Shown in pieces: positions 18,394 through 28,175 of a stretch of 64,000 nt of DNA. The translations under genes and the position numbers were made by a program. The number at the start of each line of letters is the position of its first letter. Within the stretch, counting starts at the first letter, position 1. Below the pieces are notes generated by a model. The model saw only the letters and a program-made list of their open reading frames with translations, did not search any database and had not been told where the DNA came from. This DNA comes from Pirellulales bacterium (GTDB lineage: Bacteria > Planctomycetota > Planctomycetia > Pirellulales > PALSA-1355). The stretch is from assembly GCA_963733035.1 (NCBI GenBank), contig CAVTBU010000005.1, positions 2,208,001 to 2,272,000 on the forward strand, read 5' to 3'.

Positions 18394-19854
18394 CTACTCC
18401 GGCAAGCGCCCGCGTTCGATCTTGGGGAAGCTGCCAGTGCAGCCCTGCGTCATGAATTCCACCAGATCCTTCTTATCCTGATCGTTCAGATCGAGCTTCT
18501 TGATCTTCTCGCTCAAATTCGGGTTTGGATGGCCGCCCTTGGCATACCACTCGACGACCTCCTCGAGCGTCTTCTGGCTGCCGTCGTGCATGTAGGGAGC
18601 ACTGGAAGCCACGTTGCGAATCGTCGGAGTCTTGAAGGCGCCCTTTTCTTTTTCATCCTTGGTGATCTCGAAGCGGCCCAGATCGGGATTCTCCTTGTCC
18701 ATGCCGACGCCGAGATTATGGTACTTCTCGTCGGTCAGGTTGGCGCCGACGTGACACGCCGAGCAACTTCCCTTTTCGGTAAAGTAGATCTCCATTCCGC
18801 GCTGCGCGCTCTCTGTCAGCGGGTGAGCTTCGGCGCCGGCCTTGGCGGCCTCGTAGCGGGCCTTCAACTCCTCGTCGGCTTCGATGTCCTCAGGCTCAAG
18901 CTGCTCGAACGGCTTCAAGGCCTCGGCGTAGTCAAACGGGGCCGGGCCGGTCACGATCGCTCGCTCGAACGAAGCCAGCGCCTCTCCCACGGCATCGATA
19001 TCCAAACGGCCGAAGATCTTGTCGAACTGAATCTTGTAGCCCTCAACGCCCTTCAGGCACTCAACGCAGGCATCATGCGTGTTGCCCATTTCGATCGGGT
19101 TGGCAATCGGCCCGACCGCCTGCGCTTCCAGCGAGGGGGCGCGCCCATCCCAGAATTGCTTGTCGCTGAGAATTCGGTTGTAGCTCACCGGCGAATTGCG
19201 CCCGCCGGTCTGCCCCTTGATGCCCACACCGAATTGCGTATGCCGGGCAAAGCCTTCGTCCGGATCGTGGCAATGTGCGCAACTCACGCTCACGTCGGCC
19301 GACAGTTTCGGGTCAAAGTACAATTGGCGGCCCAGTTCGATCTTGGCTCGCGTGAGCGGGTTCTTGTCGACACCTGTAATTTGCGAGGCACCTTTGGCCA
19401 TGCCCATCGGCAATTCAAAGTCGAGCGGCTCGTGGTTCTCGGGGTCGTCAAGCCAGGCCGTGATCTGTTCGACTGTCAGCTTGCCTTCGCCGGGAATTCC
19501 AGCAAATAGATCGTCAGAACCGAGCACGACTTTGCCAAGCTCGACCGTGTCGTCATTGGCTGCCGGTTCGCCGGCAGGTGGCACGTTGGCGCCTGCCTCT
19601 GGGGCCGGCTCTTCGGCGGGCTTTTCTTCTGGAGTTGGAGGCGCCTCCGAAGGTTTTGCCGGCTCGGATTCGGCGGGCATCTCCTCGCCTTCAGCGGGCA
19701 CCGTTTCGACGATGACTTCTTCTTCCTCGACAACGACGGTTCCATCGGTCGTATTGGGCTCCGGCCCGGGTTTCTTCTCCGCGCATCCTGCGGCCGAGAC
19801 TACACCGACCAGCAATATTGCCAGCGCGGCGGTCCACTTGAGAGTCGTGTTCAT
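18394..19854 (-). CDS. Di-haem cytochrome c peroxidase (CCP/MauG family) lipoprotein with an acidic Pro-rich linker
   Basis: Lipobox AAGC, LGRQLYFDPKLS, CAHCH and CSACH haem sites, FWDGRA, FKTPTIRN and APYMHDG. Confidence 0.92.
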   Translation of the reverse strand: MNTTLKWTAALAILLVGVVSAAGCAEKKPGPEPNTTDGTVVVEEEEVIVETVPAEGEEMPAESEPAKPSEAPPTPEEKPAEEPAPEAGANVPPAGEPAANDDTVELGKVVLGSDDLFAGIPGEGKLTVEQITAWLDDPENHEPLDFELPMGMAKGASQITGVDKNPLTRAKIELGRQLYFDPKLSADVSVSCAHCHDPDEGFARHTQFGVGIKGQTGGRNSPVSYNRILSDKQFWDGRAPSLEAQAVGPIANPIEMGNTHDACVECLKGVEGYKIQFDKIFGRLDIDAVGEALASFERAIVTGPAPFDYAEALKPFEQLEPEDIEADEELKARYEAAKAGAEAHPLTESAQRGMEIYFTEKGSCSACHVGANLTDEKYHNLGVGMDKENPDLGRFEITKDEKEKGAFKTPTIRNVASSAPYMHDGSQKTLEEVVEWYAKGGHPNPNLSEKIKKLDLNDQDKKDLVEFMTQGCTGSFPKIERGRLPE

Positions 19855-19859
19855 GATGT

Positions 19860-20591
19860 TTATCTCCTCCGCTTGCCGCGCGATTCGGCCGCCTCTACCG
19901 GAGGCGTCAGTTCCGCACTAGGCAAAAAGAAATTGTCATACAATAGCGCGGCCACCGCTCCACCGGCGAGCGGTCCCACAAAATACATCCACACATAGTT
20001 CAGCTCGCCGGTCGCCACGGCCGGACCGAGTGTGCGAGCCGGATTCATGCTCGCGCCCGTCAGCGGGCCGCCAACCAAAATGTCCATCGTGAGCACCAGA
20101 CCAATGGCCAAGCCAGCCACGTTTCCGTTGCGGCCATGGATGCCCGAGGCAAACACGGCAATTACGAGGAAAAACGTAAGCACTCCTTCCAGCACGATCA
20201 CCTTGGCCGCATTCGCTCCTTCGGCGGCATTTGCGATACCGGGCGTCAAGCGACCGACCGTCGAACCGAGCGATGAACCCGGACCGACGAACCATTGAAG
20301 CAGGTAGGCCGCGGCGATGCACCCCAAAAACTGAGCAATCCAGTAGCTAATTGCTTTGCCGATCGGAATCCGACCGGAGATGGCAATGCCAAACGTTACC
20401 GCGGGGTTCACGTGGGCGCCGGAGATGCTACCCCAGGCGAAGACAATGACCATCAGCGCCAGTCCGTGAGCCAGGGCCACGCCCACTAGCCCGGCTGACC
20501 CCGGGTCGGCCACGGCACCAGCTCCCGCTCCGATCAAAACGAGCGTGAAAGTGCCGATCAACTCCGCGATTGCCGCCCTGGTATCCAACAC
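19860..20591 (-). CDS. Aquaporin (MIP family)
   Basis: ISGAHVNPAVT and GASMNPAR, six hydrophobic helices, and AELIGTF in TM1. Confidence 0.95.
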   Translation of the reverse strand: MLDTRAAIAELIGTFTLVLIGAGAGAVADPGSAGLVGVALAHGLALMVIVFAWGSISGAHVNPAVTFGIAISGRIPIGKAISYWIAQFLGCIAAAYLLQWFVGPGSSLGSTVGRLTPGIANAAEGANAAKVIVLEGVLTFFLVIAVFASGIHGRNGNVAGLAIGLVLTMDILVGGPLTGASMNPARTLGPAVATGELNYVWMYFVGPLAGGAVAALLYDNFFLPSAELTPPVEAAESRGKRRR

Positions 20592-20656
20592 AGAAATCCT
20601 CGCCCGACGTTAGTTGTTATTGGCAAACGCTAGCGGAGCCCCACGACGGTTGAATA

Positions 20657-20677
20657 TATCAATAATGATTATTGATA
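20657..20677. promoter_or_regulatory. Perfect 10-1-10 palindromic operator, Fur/PerR-like
   Basis: TATCAATAAT-G-ATTATTGATA lies 65 bp upstream of the aquaporin start, in an AT-rich patch. Confidence 0.7.
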
Positions 20678-20862
20678 CAAGACACAGGGTCTAAGCTACT
20701 GGACGATGGCCGTTTCGACCGTGCCGCGCAATTTACGTTCCGCCTCCATTCCCGCAGGTGTCGAAAAGGCATGTCTCTCTCGTCGGTGGGGCCAAGGCAC
20801 AGTTTCCATTGCCGTCCATGTATGCGCCACGGATGAAACTCTCAGACGAGACTCTCGGCGGA

Positions 20863-21675
20863 TCAAACGCCCATCAAGTAGCAGGCCAGCCATTCGAAGG
20901 CACGTTGGGGCAGGATCCGGCGGAGCGGCACCACGATCTTCTGGCTCACCATGCCGACCGGGTAGCGCAGTTTTGGCCGCGGGTGATTCAGAATTCGTTC
21001 CGCCAAAAGCGCGATCGGTTCGGGCGTCGGCGCGCCAGCTTCGTCCTGTTCTTGCTTGTTCTTGAAATACTCGAACGCGTCGCGATACGCGTCGTTCGTT
21101 TCAGCGGCCGCCGCAATCCGCCGGCTTTCGGTGATCTGCGTGCGAAAATCCCCGGGCTCAATAAGCACCACGTGGATGCCCATGCGCAGCGTTTCAAAAC
21201 GCAGGCTCTCGCTGACCCCCTCCAAAGCAAACTTGCTAGCGCTGTAAAGTCCGCTGAACGGAAGCCCAAAAGTGCCGGCCAGCGAGCTGATGTTGACGAT
21301 GTATCCGCTCCCCTGGTTGCGCATGATTGGGAGCACCGCGCGACATACGCGAAGCACGCCAAAGAAATTGGTTTCGAGTTGGGCCTTGGCTTCCTCAATT
21401 GTCGTGTCCTCGACCGAACCTGCCCAGGCAATGCCCGCGTTGTTGATCACCGCGTCGATATGCCCGGCCCGTTGGTGCACATCCTCGACAGCTTGCCTGA
21501 CGGAAGTTTCGTCGTCGACGTCCATCCGCACCATTTCGACGCCGTCGGCGTCTTCCCGATGACTGCGCGACGTGCCGAACACGCGCCAACCACGTGAGGC
21601 CAGGTGTCGACCACAGGCCCGCCCAATGCCCGAAGATGCGCCGGTGATGAGCACTGTCCGAGAGGAAGTAGACAT
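20863..21675 (-). CDS. Short-chain dehydrogenase/reductase
   Basis: TGASSGIG, NNAG, SS and YSASK catalytic motif. Confidence 0.92.
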   Translation of the reverse strand: MSTSSRTVLITGASSGIGRACGRHLASRGWRVFGTSRSHREDADGVEMVRMDVDDETSVRQAVEDVHQRAGHIDAVINNAGIAWAGSVEDTTIEEAKAQLETNFFGVLRVCRAVLPIMRNQGSGYIVNISSLAGTFGLPFSGLYSASKFALEGVSESLRFETLRMGIHVVLIEPGDFRTQITESRRIAAAAETNDAYRDAFEYFKNKQEQDEAGAPTPEPIALLAERILNHPRPKLRYPVGMVSQKIVVPLRRILPQRAFEWLACYLMGV

Positions 21676-21839
21676 GATGCGGTTCGCCAATCCTTTCTGG
21701 GCGAGAGAGATTCTTGTCGCGGCGCGGTTGACTGGCCCAGGCTGCCAAGCCAGCGCGCGTCATCACGCTCAGCAGGATACGCGTTCTTGAGAGTACGTGC
21801 CAGATATTGACCTTCGGGTCCGATTGTCTAGGCGCTGGC

Positions 21840-22343
21840 TCATTCAAACGACAAGTCCTCTTCCACGCCGACGAGTTCGGACATCACGACGCGAAGTTTG
21901 TGTGAGATTCGCTCCAGCCGCTTGCGGACGGCCTCGGGCGTGATGGTCAGGCGCTCGGCGGCCGCCGTGGAGTTCAGGCCCTGCAGACGACACAGCGAAA
22001 AGGTTTCCCACTCGCTGGGCGTGGCCTGCACGCGAAACAACTCGACCGCTTCCTGCAGGATCTCAATCTTGAATTGGCGATCTAGCTCAGCGGCAGGATC
22101 CGTCGCGCCGGGATCCTGTAAACCGGAATTGAAGAAACTCGCCGCATCGAACTGAACGTCGCCGCGAGCCGAACTCGCGCGGACGTGGTCGATGGCCCGC
22201 CTGCGCACGATGATGTACAGCCAGCGACGAAAACCACCCCGCGCCCGATCGTACTGGAAATTCGGCAATTGCCGAATCACTTCGAACCACACGTCCTGCA
22301 GCAGATCCTCTACCTGGTCGGCCTGAAAGCTCACTTTGCGCAA
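21840..22343 (-). CDS. ECF RNA polymerase sigma factor; N-terminus uncertain, possibly frameshifted near 22338
   Basis: Region 2 EDLLQDVW...FRRWLYIIVRRRAID and region 4 AAAERLTITPEAVRKRLERI. The upstream ILTRFA segment lies in another frame. Confidence 0.8.
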   Translation of the reverse strand: MRKVSFQADQVEDLLQDVWFEVIRQLPNFQYDRARGGFRRWLYIIVRRRAIDHVRASSARGDVQFDAASFFNSGLQDPGATDPAAELDRQFKIEILQEAVELFRVQATPSEWETFSLCRLQGLNSTAAAERLTITPEAVRKRLERISHKLRVVMSELVGVEEDLSFE

Positions 22344-22741
22344 AGCGGGTCAGGATTTGGAGAAGCGACAAACGCGACCGGCCCCGCGAATACCTTACCA
22401 GGACAATTCTTCACGATTTCCTTGCCAAAATTACGTCACAGTTGGTCATCAAACCCGAACAGACTTGGGGACGGCTGTGCACCCAACCGCAATTGGCCCT
22501 GTTTAAGGCACTCTCGACCCGGACCTCGGCTTGAAAATCTCAGGCCGGCGCGTTCCGTGTACCTTTGCAGAGCCAAAACAGGCTGAGCGGGGTGAACGGC
22601 TGGTGGCTGGCGCGGGCCAACTCGTGAAGTGGCGTGGCGCAACTCATCGTGCTTTGATGCCTGTTACACTTTCAACGAACATCAGACTTGCCCGAATTCC
22701 AAACCACGGGCAGCGGGCTCGACTAATCAGGGGGGACGCTA

Positions 22742-24405
22742 ATGTCTAGGACTATCCAGGCTGCCACGGCCATGCTGGCCGTGCTACTCTTTGGCTCGGC
22801 CGCCGATGCCCAAACGCGCGTCGTCACGATTGGCGACAGTTGGGCCGGCTTTGTGGCCAATGGCGCGCCCGGCTCGGCTGCCGATTCCGGCACGGGCAAT
22901 AGCGTCCAGGCGATGCTCGATATCTTTCACCCGGGCATCAATGTGTACAACGGCTCGTTCTACGGCGGTACCGCCGCGCAGCATGCCGCCAACCTGGCGC
23001 AGATCACGGCCAACATCAACGCGGCGGGTCCCGACGTCGACGTAGTGTGGCTCAGCTCTGGCGGCAACGATTTGCTGCTCGGTCAACTCGGCGGCGGTTA
23101 CAGCCGCCTGAACACGCCGGCACAAAACGCCGCCGTCTATGCCGCCATGCAGGCCAATGTCCAGACGGTCGTCAACGGGATCCTCGCCATTCGCCCGGAC
23201 ATCCAGGTTGTCATCGCTGGTTACGACTACCTCAACGTGTGGGACGGACCCGACCAAATGGCGCTGAACAATGTGCGTCTGAATTTGGGCTTGATCAAGT
23301 CCGGCAACACGGCAGTCGACCTGGTGCAAAATGCCGACCTTAATCAGGCCTTCAAAGATGCCGGCGCACTGAAGCAATCCATCGCCGACAATAGCAGCCG
23401 CGTCCACTACGTCAGCGACTTCGGCTTGAACAACACGACCGCTGGCTACAGCGGCTACTTCGGCAGCGTGCCTGCAGGCCCCTATCCGCCGGAACTCTAT
23501 CCGGCCGCTCCCACGCCGACTTCGCGGATGGGAAATGGCGACCCGATTCATCTAAACACGACTGGTTACAATGCCTTGGCGTTGAACATGGAGGCCAACT
23601 TTTTCGACACAGCCTTTTTGCCCGCCACGCTGGCGGTTGATGCCTCGACGCTCAATTTTGGCTTGACCCGCGTTGGCACTACCGCAAGTCAAAGCATCAC
23701 CGCCTCGAATGCCGGCCCAAACTTCACCAAAGTTGAGGGGCTGACCTTTGGTGCCGCCAGCGGCGAGTTTGACGGGGCGTCCGAAGCCTTCAACCCACTG
23801 TTCCAGGACCCCACGCTTGGCAGCGACACCGCCAGCAAGACGTATCACTTCTCGCCCACCAGCCGTGGCCAGGCCGACCAAAACGTATCTCTGACGAGCG
23901 ACAGCGGCAGTCCGGGCCTCGCCCTGACGGGTGTTGGCGTTGGGCCCGAGTTCGATGCCAGCGCCGCAACACTCGACTTCGGTACAACGCCCCTCGGTTC
24001 GTTGGCCCTGGACGTGGCGAACATTTCCATCGACCTGAATGCTGGGAACTTCGATCTCACAAACCTCACGCTCCTTTTGGCCACCATCACGGGGCCAGAC
24101 AATGCGCTGTTCATGCTCAGTGGATTCACACCCGGGATGGTTCTCGGACAGGGTGGACTTGCTAACTTCAGCGTGGACTACCTGGGTGTCGGCCCGGCAG
24201 GCGCAAGAGCGCCACGCTGACGTTCGCAACCGACCAAGGCGCCGCCGTCGGTGTCGCAGGCGAAAGCTTCAGCATTCCCCTGGCCGCGGTACTCGTGCCG
24301 GAGCCGGCAAGCGCGGTGCTATTCGGGCTGGCTCTGGTCGGGCTGATGGCTCCGCGCCGGCAGCGGGCACCGCGCGGGCTAGGTTTGCAACCCGGCGCCA
24401 ATTAG
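22742..24405 (+). CDS. PEP-CTERM surface protein with SGNH/GDSL hydrolase and Ig-like domains; apparent frameshift near 24204
   Basis: Signal peptide, GDS, GGND and DPIH (SGNH blocks), two 'LNFG/LDFG' Ig-like repeats. After the shift the frame reads SATLTFATDQG...VPEPASAVLFGLALVGLMAPRRQR...* (TAG 24403-24405). Confidence 0.8.
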
Positions 24406-24408
24406 CGT

Positions 24409-25191
24409 TCATTTGGCGTCAGGCGAAGCCGCCGAATCGGCTGCGGGTTCCTCGGTTGTCGGGAGGGGAAGTGCTTTGCGCAGCCGCGGATCATCCAGCA
24501 CCGCCAGGGCCTTCTTTTGAATTTCAACCGCAGCTTCCGATTTGCCGGTGGCCATCGCCACCGAAAGCAGCTGGTCGATTTCATTCACAAAATTTCGTTC
24601 GTTGAATTGCTTGAAGGCCGCTCCACCGAACTTGGGGTCGTTGTAGTGTGACGTATTCAACTCGTACATTTCCTTGACTCGGCTGAATGCCTGTACCGGA
24701 TCGCCAAAGTACTTGCCCGCCAAGTCGAAACGTTGAGCAGCAAACACGGCATCCTTGGCGGCAAACCAATAACGTTTGGCCAGATCAGGATGCGCCTTAT
24801 CCACTTGCTCGAACAGGTCGACCGTCTGGCTTTCGCGTCCCACAACGCGGTTGAAGGCGGCGGCGTCTTGAAACAGAGCAAACGTTCCGCCGGTCTCGAG
24901 CACCTGCTTGATCGTGTGGTCGCGCGTTTCCAATAGCGCAACGCGTGCCGGTGGATAATCGTCGCTCAGTTTCTTCCAGGCCGACAGAGCAAACGACAGC
25001 CGTACGCCGACCATTGCCGGATCGTGCTCAAGCGCATGCTCGTGAAACCATTGATGCCGCTCGAGCGCTTCGGCATGTTCGCCCCGCCGAGCAAGCACAT
25101 TCGTATCGAACAGATACTTTTGCATGTCTTCCGCATATGCCGTGGCGCAGAACAGCACGAAAGATACAGCGAGAATTGTTTTCATGGCCAT
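24409..25191 (-). CDS. Hypothetical secreted alpha-helical protein
   Basis: 260-aa ORF with signal peptide MKTILAVSFVLFCATAYA and amphipathic helices; no family recognised. Confidence 0.7.
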   Translation of the reverse strand: MAMKTILAVSFVLFCATAYAEDMQKYLFDTNVLARRGEHAEALERHQWFHEHALEHDPAMVGVRLSFALSAWKKLSDDYPPARVALLETRDHTIKQVLETGGTFALFQDAAAFNRVVGRESQTVDLFEQVDKAHPDLAKRYWFAAKDAVFAAQRFDLAGKYFGDPVQAFSRVKEMYELNTSHYNDPKFGGAAFKQFNERNFVNEIDQLLSVAMATGKSEAAVEIQKKALAVLDDPRLRKALPLPTTEEPAADSAASPDAK

Positions 25192-25371
25192 GGTTTCCGA
25201 ATGGTGTATCGAGAATTGCGTTCCGCGCCGAACATCCCACCATTGTGTGGCATGCCTCTCCGCGTGTCACGCAAATTGCCGTCACGCGGAGGACCGTTTA
25301 CTACTATTCCCACCCGCCCGCATCGGCCATACTGGCATGTGGCTCGCAACGTTTCTCCTGGCGGACTTCCG

Positions 25372-25962
25372 ATGAAATACTGGCTCGGCCGCTTCTACCT
25401 GTGGCTGTTTGGGTGGAAGCTGCTGGGGCAAAAGCCGCCTTATCGCAAGTATCTGATCCTGGCCGCTCCGCACACCAGCAACTGGGATGTGCCGGTCATG
25501 TTGGCGATGGCCTACGTCTACGGAATCCACGTCTCGTGGATCGGCAAGCACTCGCTGTTTCGCGGTCCGCTGGGTCCCTGCATGCGGTGGCTCGGCGGCG
25601 TACCGGTCGACCGCCGCTCGCGCAACAATGCCGTGCAGCAGATGGTCGAGGAGTTCGAGCGTCGCGATGAACTCGCCCTACTGATTACTCCCGAAGGAAC
25701 CCGCGGCCGCGCGGACTATTGGAAGAGCGGCTTCTACTATATTGCCCGCCAGGCCCACGTACCGATCGTGCTAGGACTATTGGATTTCAAGAAACGGGTC
25801 GGTGGGCTCGTCGAAGCCATCGAACCAACGGGCGACTTAGCGGCCGACATGGACAAGATTCGAGCATTCTATCAAGGCGCATCGGGCAAGTACCCCGAGG
25901 ATTTCGGGCCGGTGCGGCTGCGCGAGGAAGAACCGGCCGGCTCGTCGTCGAGCAACTCGTAG
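25372..25962 (+). CDS. Lysophospholipid acyltransferase (PlsC-like)
   Basis: PHTSNWD (HxxxxD), VDR and PEGTR motifs. Confidence 0.9.
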   Translation: MKYWLGRFYLWLFGWKLLGQKPPYRKYLILAAPHTSNWDVPVMLAMAYVYGIHVSWIGKHSLFRGPLGPCMRWLGGVPVDRRSRNNAVQQMVEEFERRDELALLITPEGTRGRADYWKSGFYYIARQAHVPIVLGLLDFKKRVGGLVEAIEPTGDLAADMDKIRAFYQGASGKYPEDFGPVRLREEEPAGSSSSNS

Positions 25963-25977
25963 TCGCCGCGGCCGCGG

Positions 25978-26406
25978 CTAGATCAGCAACAACGAATAGA
26001 TCACCAGCACGGCGATGGTCCAGCTCAGGCACACGACCAAACCCGCGATGCCAATCAGCGCCCACACCATCGGCCAACCTCGCGTCCAGTAGTAGAACGG
26101 GTCGAGGTCGGCCGGCTTTGGGTAGAGATAGGCGATGCTCGAAAATCCGACCAACAGACCAAGGCCCGCCGGAAATGCCCACCAGTGCACGTCGGGGACT
26201 CCCAACCGCTCGAACGCATATGCCAGGCCCAGGAACCAGGTCACCAGCCAGATCGAGCCGAAATGCACGGCACGGATATCGCGAATGTGCGGCCGCAGGT
26301 TGTTCTTGGGCACGATGTCGACGTAGGCCCACAGGACCCCGGTAACAATGATGGCCACCATGTGGAACGCGGCCAACAGAAAATACAGGGCGAGCATCGG
26401 TGGCAA
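25978..26406 (-). CDS. Small four-helix membrane protein
   Basis: Four hydrophobic segments. Follows sixA on the same strand. Confidence 0.7.
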   Translation of the reverse strand: MPPMLALYFLLAAFHMVAIIVTGVLWAYVDIVPKNNLRPHIRDIRAVHFGSIWLVTWFLGLAYAFERLGVPDVHWWAFPAGLGLLVGFSSIAYLYPKPADLDPFYYWTRGWPMVWALIGIAGLVVCLSWTIAVLVIYSLLLI

Positions 26407-26427
26407 GTGCCTTGCTGAAGGTGCGGC

Positions 26428-26934
26428 TTATTCGTCAGGCTCGCGCGAACATCCAAGTTCGGCGGGTGCCACGAAGTATCGCAACTCGGCGGCTCCGAGG
26501 GCAAGCTGATCTTCGTCGAATCGGAGGGCCGCCACGGCTCCCTTGCGAAACGAAATCGCACCGGGCGGCATCTGCAACAGGCTGGCGACCAATTGATCCA
26601 CGTCGGGAGCGTGACCTACCCAAACCAGTGATTGTTCCGCGCGGGCATTGGACCAGCCGATGAGTGAGTCTAAGTCGCTGCCCGGCTCCAGGGCTTCGAG
26701 TTCGACTAGTTCGGGCGCCGGTTCGACTCGCTCGCAGATGACCTGGGCCGTTTGCCGACAGCGCACCAGCGGGCTTGTGGCCACAACCTGGGGATCAAAT
26801 CCTCGCTTGACGAGTTTCTTGACAAATTTATGAAACTGCTTTGTACCCGCCGGCGTGAGCGGCCGGAGCGAGTCATCCGGATAGCGAGCGTCTCCGTGAT
26901 GCCCGGCATACGCGTGTCTCACGATGAAAAGCAT
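26428..26934 (-). CDS. sixA: Phosphohistidine phosphatase SixA family
   Basis: IVRHA, RPLT, SPLVRCRQTA and VGH. Confidence 0.85.
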   Translation of the reverse strand: MLFIVRHAYAGHHGDARYPDDSLRPLTPAGTKQFHKFVKKLVKRGFDPQVVATSPLVRCRQTAQVICERVEPAPELVELEALEPGSDLDSLIGWSNARAEQSLVWVGHAPDVDQLVASLLQMPPGAISFRKGAVAALRFDEDQLALGAAELRYFVAPAELGCSREPDE

Positions 26935-26980
26935 GGTCACGGGGGTCACCTCATGGTTGCGTGGTTCAATTGAGATGAAC

Positions 26981-27949
26981 CTAGCGATCGCGCCACAGCA
27001 CGCCGTCGGCAATTCCCAACTCTGTCTTGACGGCTTGGATGGCGTTCATGAATCGCCTGGCATCGCGTGGGTAGCCGGCGGTCGGTGCCAACTCTGCAAC
27101 GCGACCGCACCAGTAGTCGTTGAACGCACGCATTGCCAATTCGCGGAGGTACTTCGAAGTCATCGACGCCAGTGCCGTCGGCAAGAACGACTCACCTCCC
27201 ATACGAAACCGCACGTCGGTGCGCGTTTCGGGGGGGCCCCAACGATAGACGCTCTCGCGCAGGCCCTCGCCGTGCACCTCCACCAGTACGTCGGGAAACT
27301 CCTGCTGCAACAGCCGGCCGTATTGGTTGCGGCCGCCGTGCTTATCGCACACGACCAGCACGGGTTCGTCCTGACATTGCTGCAAGGCGGCGGAAACGAG
27401 GCTCAGTGTGGTCTTGGAGAGCGTCTCGGACTTGTTGCCGAGCGTGGCGGTCGACCGATTGAACTCATCCGGAAACACGGCGCGGCTCTGGAGCGCGATC
27501 AAACGCACGCCCAACTGCTCGAACGAGCGACGCAGCTTTTTTACGAGTTTCGTGAGTTCTTCCGGATCGGCGGCCAGTGGCAGGCGAAGATCGTAATCGA
27601 CGTGCCAGGGAACTTTGGGCAAATCGTCGACCGACGGTGGATCGAGCAACTGCCAAACGTCAAGCCAATCGGTCGGGCAATGATTCACCAGCGACAGGGC
27701 CGCCAGCACACCACGTTCGAGATGCTTGATGCCGGTCGCCGGCGAATAAAGAATCTTGGAGTCAGCGATCGGCAATCGCTGCAATCGGCTGCCGCGACGG
27801 GGAGGCGCCTTGCACACCACGCTTTTGAGGTGCTGATAGAGGTCCTGTTGTGCGTGTGGTCCGTCCACCCACCACACCGAAGCGGAGACGACGAGCGGCC
27901 CCAGGTTCGGCGCGTATCCGGCTTCGTCGGTTCCAATTAGATAGGGCAT
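26981..27949 (-). CDS. RNase HII/HIII-fold protein of unknown function
   Basis: GTDEAGYAPNLGPLVV, DSK, CDKHGG, ALASMTSKYLRE and AGYP. Confidence 0.75.
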   Translation of the reverse strand: MPYLIGTDEAGYAPNLGPLVVSASVWWVDGPHAQQDLYQHLKSVVCKAPPRRGSRLQRLPIADSKILYSPATGIKHLERGVLAALSLVNHCPTDWLDVWQLLDPPSVDDLPKVPWHVDYDLRLPLAADPEELTKLVKKLRRSFEQLGVRLIALQSRAVFPDEFNRSTATLGNKSETLSKTTLSLVSAALQQCQDEPVLVVCDKHGGRNQYGRLLQQEFPDVLVEVHGEGLRESVYRWGPPETRTDVRFRMGGESFLPTALASMTSKYLRELAMRAFNDYWCGRVAELAPTAGYPRDARRFMNAIQAVKTELGIADGVLWRDR

Positions 27950-28175
27950 CGAATTCCCTCCATGACAGCCGTCCGCAAACTCGCGAGCCATGCCGGGCCT
28001 GCCGCAGTATACCAATTGCCGCGAGCAACCATCAAATTGCGTCCGATTCGTGGCCGTATCGACCGAACGGCCTGCCCTGTATTCGTCGAAGTTGCGGCGT
28101 GTTAGGATAGAAATTTCGACCTCCCCTGCCGTTTCGCTCGCGCCTTGCGACCTGTACCCTCCCAGGAGTGCTTCC

